A stretch of DNA of 64,000 nt, from positions 1,150,627 to 1,214,626 of the forward strand of contig MU004230.1 in assembly GCA_010405405.1 (NCBI GenBank). Reading direction: 5' to 3'. How positions within the stretch are numbered: the stretch's first letter is position 1; every line of letters begins with the position of its first letter. Below are positions 47,135 through 59,167 of the stretch, one piece after another. A model generated the notes under the pieces. That model saw only the letters and a program-made list of their open reading frames with translations. It was not told the DNA's origin and did no database searches. The DNA is from Microthyrium microscopicum (taxonomy: Eukaryota). Both the position numbers and the translations under genes were made by a program.

Positions 47135-48483
47135 CTTGATGTATGAGTAGAGATGGCTTTCGTACGACTAATGAAGGTGTTTCCTGGGGCGAACAAGTCA
47201 TCCAATGCCAAACATGATACCAAGAAGAGAAATGGCAGGGCGAATATCTGACGGCAGGTATTCGTGGTTGCAATAATATCGGCTACTGAGACTAAATATG
47301 GGGTTTTGGGTTGTGTGCTTTTGGGTATCAAGTAGCAATGCCGAAGCCACCAACGCAACTAAAGATATATGAAAAAGTTTCATGGAAGATGGAGATCTCC
47401 GCGCGGTACTTCTTCTTTGATACTTAAAGGAACGACAAATATTAGATAGGCTTAAGACATTGTATGCACTACCGCACTAACTCGGCATGGCTTGTCCCAG
47501 TGCAGATTGAATATCTGGTTGCACGAACCTCGTTGGAGCAAGATCGATGTATCCAGATACTTTGGTATCAAACCAAGCGTTTTACTGTACCTACCTGCCA
47601 CCGGAATAATAGTCGAGTGAGACAATACGACTCATATCTGCCAGCAAAGCTCGTCCGGTCTCTGAGCAACAGCGAGCACATAACGAGCCAACAATGGCCA
47701 AAGGTCAAAACAGGCGGTGTTGAACGGGTAAACGCTCCGACATCAAACATGGGAAACCAAGTAACAAAGACATGAGAACTGCAGAGCATTGTTCACGACC
47801 AGGACAAGGCTGGTTCAGGTTGAACGTGGACCTATAAGGTTTTGACAACCTTAAAAACTGCCCAACGCGACAACGCCCTGCCGGCAGACGCATGCCTCGC
47901 GAGAGTTCCTCAGCTCGTTGGTCCTGGCTGTTCGGTGGCAACATTGAAGACGGTGCTGACTGAACCATCGTCGCTTTGAGTGTACGATTCTGCAATGAAG
48001 GAGAAAGTTTAGAGAGTGATGAGGAGAGCAGGTTTGGGGGATGAGAAATTGAGAATGAGGTTGGGCAGATGGACAGGGGTCAGAAGCGTGCTTTGATACA
48101 TCCATCAATCCACCAAGGGCATAATTGGACATGATCTGCATGCATGTATAGTTCTAAAAGTTCGGTTAATAAGGTCACTTGGTAAGAATAGGTTTGGGCG
48201 TTGGTGATGGTATGTATCCATTTTGTTCCTTCCTAATAGTACTAAAAATTCCGAGTGTTGCCGTCGAATGACTTCAATGAAGATGCAATTTGATCAATCA
48301 TCAGATTCACAAACAATGCAACTCCAAGGCACGAGTTAAGTGAAATGGTTCAATTTTTTCAGAACCAAAGTCATGATATCTTGTAGACATGACAAATGCT
48401 AAAACGAACAAGGCCCTGCAAACCAGCTAAAACTACCCAGGCTGGTATCTCCGCATCAAAACATTGCCTTCTCACTACCATCC

Positions 48484-50705
48484 TCACTGCACAAAGGCCT
48501 CCGGGGGAATGTTCGCCTTTGCCTGATTAAAGCTCTCCAGCGCAGTATCAAACTTCCATTCCGTCTGCTCCAGGCACATGGTGGCGTATTGCAGATTCAT
48601 GCCTGTTTGTCGCATGATCTCGGCCACCATTGCAGCACGTTCCTCCTCTGGGCTCATAGCCACCTGTGCTCCTGTCTCATACGCCTTGGTTCCACCATAG
48701 GACCGCACGACAAGCATGTCGCTGATGATTCCAACACCATCGGGATTGTTGCCTCCTGGACCAAGGATGAAGGTCCGATCGAAGCTTCGATGCTTGCGCT
48801 TGTTTGAATTTGTTGGATGCTCAAAGAACTCGCCGTGGATGGTTATGGTGAGCCCATTGACACCGTTTGGAGATTGGCCAGAGGGGTCACGAAGACCAGA
48901 GATCGGCACCGATTCCACAAGCCATTTGGATGCATCTTCCGATGAAGCATGTTGTGTCGGGGGAAGTGTTTTGAAAGACTCTCCAATTGAGCGCGATCCT
49001 TTTCGTTTGTTAGACTTCACTCGAAGTTTTGAATAGACAGATCACATACCTTTGTGTAATCGAGACTTTCTCACACCAGCACTAGTAAGTGTCCAAATGT
49101 TTCGGCTATTGTAAATCCAAGCATCCCATTCTCCTTTTCTTGGCTTAGGAGCGCTTGGGTCTCGTAAAGATTGGTTATTGACCGCGTACGAAAAGGTTGA
49201 GTTCTTATCGTAATAGTAGTTCAGTAATGTAGTCCGGTCAGTGTCAAAGCCTGCAAAGAAGGTTTGCAGAAACTTTGCACCAAGGCCGGTGGTGTCTTCG
49301 AAGAGTCCGGGAGAAATCTTTGGAGTGGCACCGTGAATCTGAATGCCTTCACGGTCAGCGGGGGTAATGACTGCACCGTCGACCAGTGCGAGTTTGGGGA
49401 AGGCCCGTAGGACATCCTTCTTGAATTCGGCAGTTTGCTCGATAGGATTGCCAGAAAGAATGATATGCTGGAGCTCGAGACATCTTCGGAAGTGAGAGAC
49501 TCCATCTATTCCGCCGATCTTGTTGTTGGAAAGGTCTAGATTCTGAATATCCGGAAATTCTAGAGCCAAAGGTCGAGCGATGGACGCGGAGTGCCAGCCA
49601 TTGTTGCTCAGGATGATACCAGTGACTGCTTCCTTTCGGGCCTCGGGAGTGGGGAAGACGTCTTCAAAAACGGCACAGAGTGCTGCAAACAGCTTTGTCG
49701 TGGTGTTGTTTGGCTGTTTTAGAAGTTCCTTCACATCGGGCTCTTCGCCAATGTTACTGAAATTTAGGACTTTAGTCTCAGCATCGTAGCGGGTGGTTAG
49801 AAGCTGTCGGAGTGTTTCTTTGAGAGATTCCGTCTCCTTGTTTGACTTGAAAGAGAATGCGGCTTGTCCAGGTGCAGGAGATCTTGCAGGCGAATCTCTA
49901 GCAGGTCTAGATCCACCAATTGCTCGAATATTGATGGTGGCCTGAGCGTACTCATAGCCATCGAGTTTGCTGAAAGCAGTTGAGTCTTCCGCTGTCACAT
50001 AGATATGTAGAACGTCTTTCTCGACTTTTGACTATATTTTCACAATGGTTAGTATAAATCTCAAATTAAAAAGTTGACCATCGCAGATCCGCCGAGGACC
50101 GTCAGAGTGACACCACGAGTGGAGGCACCTATGCCATCAAGACCCATAGAGAGCTTTTGCTATTTGTCAAGCGTCCAAGTAACCGGAGCTTCGGGAACTC
50201 CAGAATTGAATGCGGTCGAGAGGATATGGCTCGTCAGAAGACACAATTTGTGAACGTATGCTGCTTGTGCTTCGAATGCGCAATGCGCAAAGAGGATGAG
50301 GTTGGACAACACTGTGGTGGCCCCCGACTAAAATACGTGGCCATCTCCATGGAGGAAATGGGCTTATTCCAAGGACCGGTGGTTACACACCTTTCGAATT
50401 CTCACGTTCCCGCGTTTCTGGATTCCGGCGTGCTGTGGAAGTTTATCTTGTATCACCCGCGCCTTGCGCTCTAGCCATTGCGTGAGAGCTCGGATTAATG
50501 TTGAAGTGTTTTCGGTTGTCTTTACCGCGGCAGAGTCGGTCCATCCTGTGACCTGGAGATGGATAAGTGGTGACGAGCCAGAGCGCGTTGGCATAGGCCC
50601 GTTGTTGATTCGAGAAGAAAGACTGCTGCGTGACGCGATGGGTTCTCTAGTTGTTGCGCCGCGACCTCGACCTCGACCACGACGAGCTGGGCCTGTCGGC
50701 GGCAT
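48484..50705 (-). CDS. MEX67: mRNA export receptor Mex67 (NXF1/TAP orthologue), 3 exons
   Basis: RG-rich start, LRRs (IQNLDLSNNKI, IILSGNPI), NTF2-like domain (FFAGFDTDR..L..YY, HGEFFE, RSFDRTFILGP), UBA/TAP-C (QTGMNLQYATMCLEQTEW...IPPEAF); introns 50032-50390 and 48999-49049. Confidence 0.93.
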
Positions 50706-50925
50706 ATTGAAAGGTTGATGAGTGCGGAATAGATGTGGCGAAAGCTGTGTAGAAGCTGTGTGGAAGCTGTTTGTAAGCGGTAGAGGAGGATGGGAAAGAC
50801 GACGATAGCAAAAGCAGTTGGAGGAGAAGAAGAGCAATGAAAGGCTGAAGAGAATTGGTGGGTGGGTGGTGTTTTATGTTATTGACGGGGATGAAGGTGA
50901 TGTTGGGTTTTGCAAATGGCGAGGA

Positions 50926-50969
50926 TGAATGGGTGAATGAGTGAATGGGTGAATGGGTGAATGGGTGAA
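50926..50969. repeat. 8-bp tandem repeat (TGAATGGG) x5 upstream of MEX67
   Basis: tgaatggg tgaatgag tgaatggg tgaatggg tgaatggg tgaa. Confidence 0.85.
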
Positions 50970-51761
50970 GGATGTGTCGAGTGAAGGTTGGTGGAGAAAC
51001 CAAACCAAAGTAAAGGTGTGAGGTTGAGGTAGTTGTGAGCGGGACAAGAGAACAATGAGGAAGGCACGAGACAAAGCTGCGGGCAGTTGCGACCTGCGAC
51101 TGGTTGAGATGTTGGTCTCAGGAATGCCTCGTGGTTGCCTGATTTAATTTGACAGTTTTTGAGTCACCCAGCGCCAAGCCCGCTAAGCCTCTTTAGACTT
51201 CACTTTTGTTCCTTCAACTAAATTACCGCCAAATGAGATCATGAGAGATAGAATACAACATATATAGCGTAATATAGGTATGGGTTGAGCATTTTGAAAT
51301 AGGAGCGAAATCTTTGAGGATTATTCATGCGGGCACACAAAGGAACAAGGACATCGGGCTTCAAGCTGTGAGCCAATAAAACGGTTCAGAGCGAGATATA
51401 TCGAAATAGCACTATATTCATCTATATGAAGGCTATTTAAGGGTATATAAAATCAGAAAAGGACATCTTCTCATGCTGCATTGCCCCACTTGACCCAGAC
51501 AACCCCACTAAGAGAGAAGCGGCGACAGTTGATGGGTCAAAGTCAAATGTCATCAGAAAGCTCGCCATCCTCCCCCAAGTTTTCTCCAAACACTTTTGAG
51601 CTTCAGATACCCGTATCCAAGACCTCTTTGTTGATTACTTCTCCATTGGCCTCAATTGCTACTTCCCCATCACCATTTGCCAGACCAAACACTGATATCT
51701 TCCGCTCACACCCTCTGCTTAAGGCAATTTCGTAATCGCGCAAAATCTATAGCTTGCGACC

Positions 51762-52753
51762 ATGACTGAGGTAATTTCCACCGCTAATCTTATCAATCAG
51801 CATCTAATTCGTCTACAGGTCAAAGAAATCACCACAGAGGAGGCATACTCCAGCTTCGTCTCGTCCTTCCCCTCTTCCTCCCTCCTAGTCATATACTTCT
51901 ACGCATCATGGGCCCAGCCATGCAAGCAAATGTCCGCTGTCCTCGAGGCACTAGCCAGCACATACCCAGTCGAATCTCCCCCAACCATTGGCTTCATCTC
52001 CATGGACGCTGAAGAGCTCTCCTCCATAGCCGAAGAACATGATGTGACGGCCGTCCCCTTCGTCGTTCTCCAGAAAGATGGCAAGACACTAGAGTCCGTA
52101 TCAGGAAGCGATGCCGGCAAAGTGCGAGCAGCAGTTGAGAAGTACGCTGCGCAACCCGAGCAAACCAACGGCTTCAGTATACCACCAGCCCAGAAGGTCA
52201 CACGACCAACAGAGGAGAGAGAACCAGCACCTGCGCCAACAGGTGCTGCTGTGCCATCTACAACCGGCGCATCATCCGGAGCTTCAAAGGATCTGAGTGC
52301 GTATGTGCCCCCGGCTGATGCTCCAGCAACAGCACCGGAAGTTACAGGTGGAGAAGTGGACAAGGAAGCGCTATTCAAGCGTCTGGAGCAGCTCGTGAAG
52401 GCTGCACCCGTCATGCTCTTCATGAAAGGCATTCCCGCTTCTCCACAATGTGGATTCAGTAGACAGCTAGTTGCTATGCTTAGAGAACGGAGCATTCGCT
52501 ACGGATTCTTCAACATTCTTGCCGATGACGAAGTGCGGCAAGGCCTCAAAGAATTCTCCGACTGGCCTACCTTCCCACAACTCTATGTCGAGGGAGAGCT
52601 GATTGGAGGCTTGGACATAGTGAGTTCTTTCTGTCATACATTTTTCGGATACCAAAAGCTAATCAGTCATATCAGGTAAAAGAAGAGCTCAATAATAATC
52701 CAGAGTTCATGATGAACTATGCAGTCAAAGGACCCGAAGCAACAGCCGCCTAG
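51762..52753 (+). CDS. GRX4: Monothiol glutaredoxin with N-terminal thioredoxin domain (Grx3/4, GrxD), 3 exons
   Basis: WAQPC Trx-like site, PQCGFS, WPTFPQLY, GGLD; introns 51771-51818 and 52620-52675. Confidence 0.93.
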
Positions 52754-52944
52754 AAGGTACTGTAGATCAGGATGCCATGTAGTTGTAATCAAATGCTATT
52801 GCCAAACGCTCCCAATTGTTTAACCAACAAAATCGTGCCCACTAAATTGGCAGAAGTACAGGGGTATCTATACAAAATTGCAACCACATCTATCATCCTA
52901 ATCACATGCCGCAACTGAGTCAAAAACTGCTCCACATATCTTCC

Positions 52945-53786
52945 TCAAACCTTAACCTCCTGCGTCTCCTCCCTCAACGACTCCCTCGTCTCCAACCGTC
53001 TCTCCCTCCCCACCCGTGTCTCCGTCAACCAAACCCTCAACCGGATCAGATACCGTACCACCACAAACAACACGACCACCAACAACAGCACCCCAAAAAT
53101 GTACGCCGCTACTCGCCCACGCCCACCAGGCCTATGATAGTCCAAGAATCCATAAACATAGAAATGCTCCGTATCGACCGTGATGAACACCACGCCCAGA
53201 TACATCGCCAACAACACAACCAAGTACGCCAAATGAATCCACGGCATCGGTTCCGTGCGCGCAAACGTTATTTCCAAAAGCGCAAACACGCTATTGAGCG
53301 CATGTTCACTCAAATTACTCCATAATGTGAATGGCGTAGGTAAACTGGTGTATAACAGACTCCAAAACACAACTATTTATCCCATCATTAGCCTAAATTT
53401 ACTTCCCCCAAATCCATCGGAGGGAAGAAACACTTACTAGTCACAAGAAACGGAAATACCACAATCGTGCTATAAAACAGCGAATGTAGCTTTCCCAGCA
53501 CACCAGGCCATCGCGCCAAAGCAGGTGTACCAGTACGCCAATAACTCAAGCTATGGTATGCGGCAAACGCGTGGTAGAAACCGAGACTGATGAATGTTAT
53601 GTTGGTGAAGTAACTCCAGTATCTGGCGACTTCGACAGGTGAGTTGTGCGAGTCCCAGGCGAGGATGGTTAGTATGGATGTTAGGATGTAGAGGGATATG
53701 AGGGCGCGGAATGCGGCGTATGTTTTGGCGGTGAGGGCCCAGCTGGTGGAGAAACGGATTGGGTCGGCGGGTGGGAGGAGGATCAT
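52945..53786 (-). CDS. Multi-pass membrane protein, FAR-17a/AIG1-like, 2 exons
   Basis: YWSYFTNITF, FPFLVTIVFW across intron 53373-53437, SEHALNS, FYVYGFLD. Confidence 0.75.
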
Positions 53787-56595
53787 TTCTGCGGTAGGAG
53801 GTTTGGAGAGGGAAAGGGATGGGTAGATGGAAGGAGGAAGGGAAGGGGGGATGTTATTGTTGAATGTTGGGGAGAGACAAAGAGTGCGGCTGAGAAGGAA
53901 TGAGGTTTCGCTTGATTCAGCCACGAATTTACGAATTTGGTGTTTTGTGGTCTTGTGCTGCGGTCAGCCTAGCGCTTGCAATTGACGACAAGTCAAGAGG
54001 GCTGACATGTGTAGAGAGGCATTTAGGCATATACGAGGCTTTTCTATAGGGATGTAGAGTATATACGCTACTAGTATAGTGTGTTTGTTCTAAGAAGTGT
54101 TGTTGTACCATAGTTTCGAAACTAACCTGTCAGCACTGCCGATCTTGTGAAACACCGGAAATAGGTTCTTGGTATTAGATGGGGTATATGTGATGAGTTA
54201 TAGGTTTAACATTGGTGCTGTGTAGAGTTTTCTCTATATCCGAAATATGGGGTTGGTATAATACTGAAAACTGAGTGAAGTGGGTAAAATGCTTGAGTAA
54301 TTTAGAATACTCTAGCGGGATTGTAGTTTAGTAAAGTTCACTCGAAATGAATCTCAAGGACAATGAATAGTTCTGTAAACTATAAAGTCTCTAGACGACT
54401 GGCTAGCACAGTATTCACAAGCGGAACACAGCGAGACAAGAAGCTATCTTCGAGTCTGGTTATTGCAAGTGTAGTACGTGAGACGTTAGACACTGACGAC
54501 CTTGATGGTAATCTAAGAGCATTTTCAAGACTTCGGGAAAGTCAGAAAGAGTATCTCGTTGCTTACCTGAAATGATCGAAAAGATCGTTGTGCCAAATCT
54601 TTGGATCAGTGTCGCGGAGGAGTCTTGTTAAGACATATCTCATAGCAATGAGGGTGTACATATTGAAATACAGAATAATGAGAGATATGGATCTTCAGTG
54701 GAACGGGGGCCAATGGCGAGAAGGAAATGACGGATTAGATCCCAAAGTCACATTGATTTTTACATAGAATGATGATTTATGCATGGGAATAAAGCTTTTA
54801 ATCTTTTCCTTGAGATCATTGAGGACCCATCTCTAATGTGGATACAACAAACGATAGTAGCAGCTCACCTTTCGAGGCTCTGCTCGCAAAAATCTCTCAA
54901 GCCTCACATCATTAACTCTTATCAACTTCATATTGTTCCATTGAAGTGAAAGAATGAACTTGCAGTACTTGCAATGCCCTCTTCAACAGAAAATTCATTT
55001 TTGTAGGCGTAAGGCTGAAATGCTTGGCTATCAGGCTGAAAATATCAAAAACATTATATTGCGTTTGAAAGCCGATAAATGTCTCTTTTTGTGGTTCGCG
55101 GACCATTAGAAACTCTCAAACAATTGCTTTCATGCTCAAGCTTCTCGTGCCTCTTTTTCAGGGACGTGTTGCAGTTTACAATTGTTCATGGACGCGCTTA
55201 GTTGCTCACAGTGCTGCTCCATTTCTCCAAGCACAAGCTTCCAGGGACTCAGAGAAGAGGTCCAGAGGCAGCGACTTCGATTCTTGCGTCCATGCGTCGA
55301 GCTGTTGCGAGTCTTAACATTATTCATCTAATCTTTCTTGACTTCCATCTCGATAAGGGAAGCCTTATCCTATACTGCCACGTATCCCAGCCACTCTGCC
55401 GCTTTGATACTCCCTTTCACATTGCCCCCTTTTATGCGCAGATCCTGAAATTGAGATACTGGAAGGTCGGCAATACTGACCACATGATAACATACGTGGT
55501 ACCAACCGTTATTGTCAATATCAGGCCTCCGCGTGCTATCACTGACCGGCAACCAACAGTGCAAACCCTTTTGCCAAAGACTTGCAGATGCTCTGCGAAT
55601 GGTAGTCATGCCTCAACGTGGTACCGCATGGAAATGCCGCTTAGAATAATTAGGCTGATCGGACATGAGGCATCCATCCTTGTGTGGCTATAGCAGGCGA
55701 ACAACCAGTTGCCTTGTTCCTCTGACCGGTCGTGTCAACCAGTTCCGGTGAGTGGGTCAAGGGGTTCAGCTAATTTGCACTTAATGTCCTTGTTCCGGGG
55801 GTTTGAGCCATTGAGAGTGGCGAACATGATGGTGGTGCTAAGGAGTGGCTCTACACAGCCGTTGAGATTGAACTAGTTGTTGCTGTTTGATTCTGCGATA
55901 TTCTGCCGATTTCTGGAAAAGAGGTCGGAACAAGGATCGATCTCTTGGATTTCGGCAATGTGAGTTAGTTCATTGTCTAACATGGCAGCAATGTCAGCGT
56001 TGAGAAGTGTTGCTGAGTGGCAACCATATATTTATCCTTATCTGGTCATGTATCGCTGCGGCTCGTAAACGAGCCGAGAGCATCTTATGTTCTCAAGGTT
56101 TTGTTTCGACGTAAGTTGATCTTCCCGTTCAAAGCTCTTTGGTGTCATGCACAACATAAATCCTAAGAACGATGCGTTGTCACTTATCTGCATGGCGTGC
56201 AAGGACGATATTGCTCCCATGTTGTCTCATTACCATTTGGTGTTGCACACTTACCTATCGGTTGGTCTGTCTATAAGATTGGCATGAAAATTCTATCTTG
56301 ATATACGCCCTCATGATTGTCCTCGGATTTGGAACCGAAAGTGACCCTGTTCGAGTGGTCTATTGTTTAAAATTGTGTACCGTCATACCGGGATAAAAGT
56401 CCAGACAACCTTCAGAAGAATACTGCGGTTGATAATCCCGGTAAGTGAAGTCTAAGTCATCTTCTAGTATTTGAAATTAGCCTTAAGATCTAACAAGAGT
56501 GGATGTAGAACCTCTACCGCGCAGCTCTCGTGGATACCATTCTCAAGCCAGCATATTTACCTAGAAAGTTTTTCACCCTTTTGGCTCGAATCAGC

Positions 56596-57120
56596 ATGGC
56601 TACAAACTCTCCAGCGAGAAATATAGATCGGACCAATGGAACTGGAACTGGCCAGACACCGGATGATGTTAATACTCAACATGAGCACCAACAGCCATCA
56701 GAGGATGGCACGGAACCACCTTGGATTGATTCCGACGATCACTCTCAGGACAACGTGGGTCATGTGTTAGAATAGCATATCCAGGTAATCAGCTAATCAG
56801 TAGAATAGGAGCCCATCAGCTCCGAGTCCTCGATGGTCGATTCAGATGATATGTCAGGACAAGCTGGAGAGAGTGACGGGCTAGCCCGTTACGAACATTT
56901 GCAAGAAGACCCATGGACTCCAGAAATACTCCAGGCTAGCACCGAGGATAATTCTAGAGCTGGATTTGGTCAATTCCCTCATTTCCAGTGGAACAATTTC
57001 GCTTCTGAGTCCCGACCGAATGGAATTGTGTCGAGAGCCAATTTTGAAGAAGCAGAAGCCGAGGATGGAGAAGAGCAGGAAAGTAATGGTGTAGATGATG
57101 AAGAAAGTTACAGTGACTAA
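56596..57120 (+). CDS. Acidic disordered hypothetical protein, 156 aa, 2 exons (possibly truncated)
   Basis: Intron 56755-56808 (GTGGGT...GCTAAT...TAG) joins two ORF-track fragments in frame. Confidence 0.45.
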
Positions 57121-58035
57121 AGAATCAGGAGTAGTAGAATGTAAGAGAACGGGCTTAGATACCAGTAATATGAGACAACAAGGGCCACTAAACAGTTGAT
57201 TGAAGCAATGCATTTCCGCTCTTATGACCCGACGTTGTTATCTCGGCATGTAGCAGCCCACTAATCTCATCACTACTAGTAGTGAGGCTGTTCATATGAT
57301 GCCAATCATGCACAACTTCACCAGGCTGAGGTCGTGAGGGGTCACAGTGACTTGGGTAGCAATTACTGGGAGCCCGATAACCCAAAAGCAAGGCGTAGTA
57401 AGAAAGAGTAAATACCGGAAACCTTAAGCTTAGAATCTGGATGGCATGTGGGAGACCTGTTACGCAGTAAGGGAAGGATGACTGACGAGACAAGTAAGCT
57501 AGCTGGACTAATCAAGGACTTCTCAAAAGAAAGCAAGCCCTCTTTCTGGTGGCATGTACGTGTCTGTAGTAGCTTTGATTCCTTGACAACAAATAAATCT
57601 ACCAATCATCCATATATCGAAGCGTGGTGTTGTAGGCTTGCAGTGATGAAGGTCGGAACCATGAAGTGACATTCGGCTCATCGGATATTTGCACAGTGAT
57701 CCCACCACTCGTCCGGTATTACCCGACTTCAGTGCTGTATTCTAACCCATTAATTCACCAATTACTCCATCATGTAAGGAAGGCTTCATAATGGGAGTGA
57801 AGAACATGCCGCAGCACTGAAACACGATTTGAAAATGCAGAAAGAGCTTGGATTCTCGGGAATGGAAGCTTAGGGGCATCAATCAGGCAGCCCATATATA
57901 TCGCGAAAGGATCTCCTAAGCTCACAATTTTGGCAGGACCACTTGTTATACTAAAGACCAACATCATAAGTAAGCGGCCAGACGGTTATTAGTAGGAGAG
58001 GTTTTACTTCTGCATACGACAGTCTTCACTTCAAA

Positions 58036-59079
58036 ATGGCAGACCAACCGCTTCCTCCGCCGCCGGACAAAGGAAAATCCAAGGCTAAAAACGAACAAGA
58101 TGCATCACAGGAATCATCGAACCCAGCATCAATGGCTTCAAGAGTCCTCGCATCAGCAACTGGTCTAGCCAGAGACTTTATGTCCTCCACCAACGGAAAC
58201 ATGGCCACCGACCTAGGCTCGACTTTATCGTCAAATGGAAAAGCCATACCTTCGGCATCAAACACCAACAGCTCAGCGTTAGAATCCCTTCAGTCCCCTC
58301 AGACTAGACTCCCCAGTGCGGCAACAGCCGTTCGACAAGGAGAGACGTTCCAGGAACCAGAAATGCATTTCAACACGGAAGCCGAATTCCAGAAATTCAC
58401 ACAAACTGGCCTCTATCCGTCCTCTCTAGCATATGCCCAACCTTACACCACAGCCTCCCAGTGGACATCTGAATTCAACAACTCCACAACAACCCCCGAC
58501 CGTGGAGCCGGAATTCAGAAATCAACCCCTGTTGGCCTATATCCATCACCCTTAGCTTTTGCCCAACCATCCACCACAGCCTCTGAATGGAAAGACGAGT
58601 TCAGCACCTTCATAGAAACTCCCGCCGATGGAGCCGAAGTATCCGCGCTTCTAGATGATCCCTCCTTCGTGGCCATGACAGACATCTACGAGCTGGACGA
58701 CCCCAATGCGCCCGATGCCGCAGATCTCTTTTCCACTGAAGCACTCTCGCCCGCCGAGCTTGAGTCACTTAGAGATCTCAAGACAAACGCTCTCGCTCCC
58801 CCACCCACACATGGCAAAGTGGGCGCACACAGCAATATCAACTTGCTCCCTGACTTCAGCGGTGCTAGCCCCGAACAGCGCGAAGCCTGGTTCAGAGACT
58901 GGGATAATGTGCTGAATGGCTACACGGACCAGGTATGGGGCGACATCTTACCAACAGTGCAAGAAGCGCGTAAGCATCTGGAGGAGGTGCAAGCTGGCAC
59001 GAGCTCGCTGGATAATTCAGCAGTGGCAAGGTTACGTATGATCTTGGGACATGTGGACGCGATTGCAAACACGCAGTGA
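58036..59079 (+). CDS. Fungal hypothetical protein, 347 aa, with an internal 42-aa duplication
   Basis: Single ORF; DGAEVSALL and W..VL..YTDQVWGD....V.EAR...ARLRMILGH segments. Confidence 0.8.
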   Translation: MADQPLPPPPDKGKSKAKNEQDASQESSNPASMASRVLASATGLARDFMSSTNGNMATDLGSTLSSNGKAIPSASNTNSSALESLQSPQTRLPSAATAVRQGETFQEPEMHFNTEAEFQKFTQTGLYPSSLAYAQPYTTASQWTSEFNNSTTTPDRGAGIQKSTPVGLYPSPLAFAQPSTTASEWKDEFSTFIETPADGAEVSALLDDPSFVAMTDIYELDDPNAPDAADLFSTEALSPAELESLRDLKTNALAPPPTHGKVGAHSNINLLPDFSGASPEQREAWFRDWDNVLNGYTDQVWGDILPTVQEARKHLEEVQAGTSSLDNSAVARLRMILGHVDAIANTQ

Positions 59080-59167
59080 GATGTCTTTGATATAGTCTTC
59101 TATTGCGCTGTCTATGACTATTTCTTGCACGAACGCTAGCAGTGCATACTTGACAGCAATGGATTTC

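Noticed and set aside
50100..50145. TGATGG...CTGA in the MEX67 intron as a box C/D snoRNA
   Set aside because: Imperfect C box, and spacing too short for a canonical snoRNA
50236..50243. AAGACA (CTE loop-like hexamer) in the MEX67 intron
   Set aside because: It is on the antisense strand relative to MEX67, so it does not support a CTE
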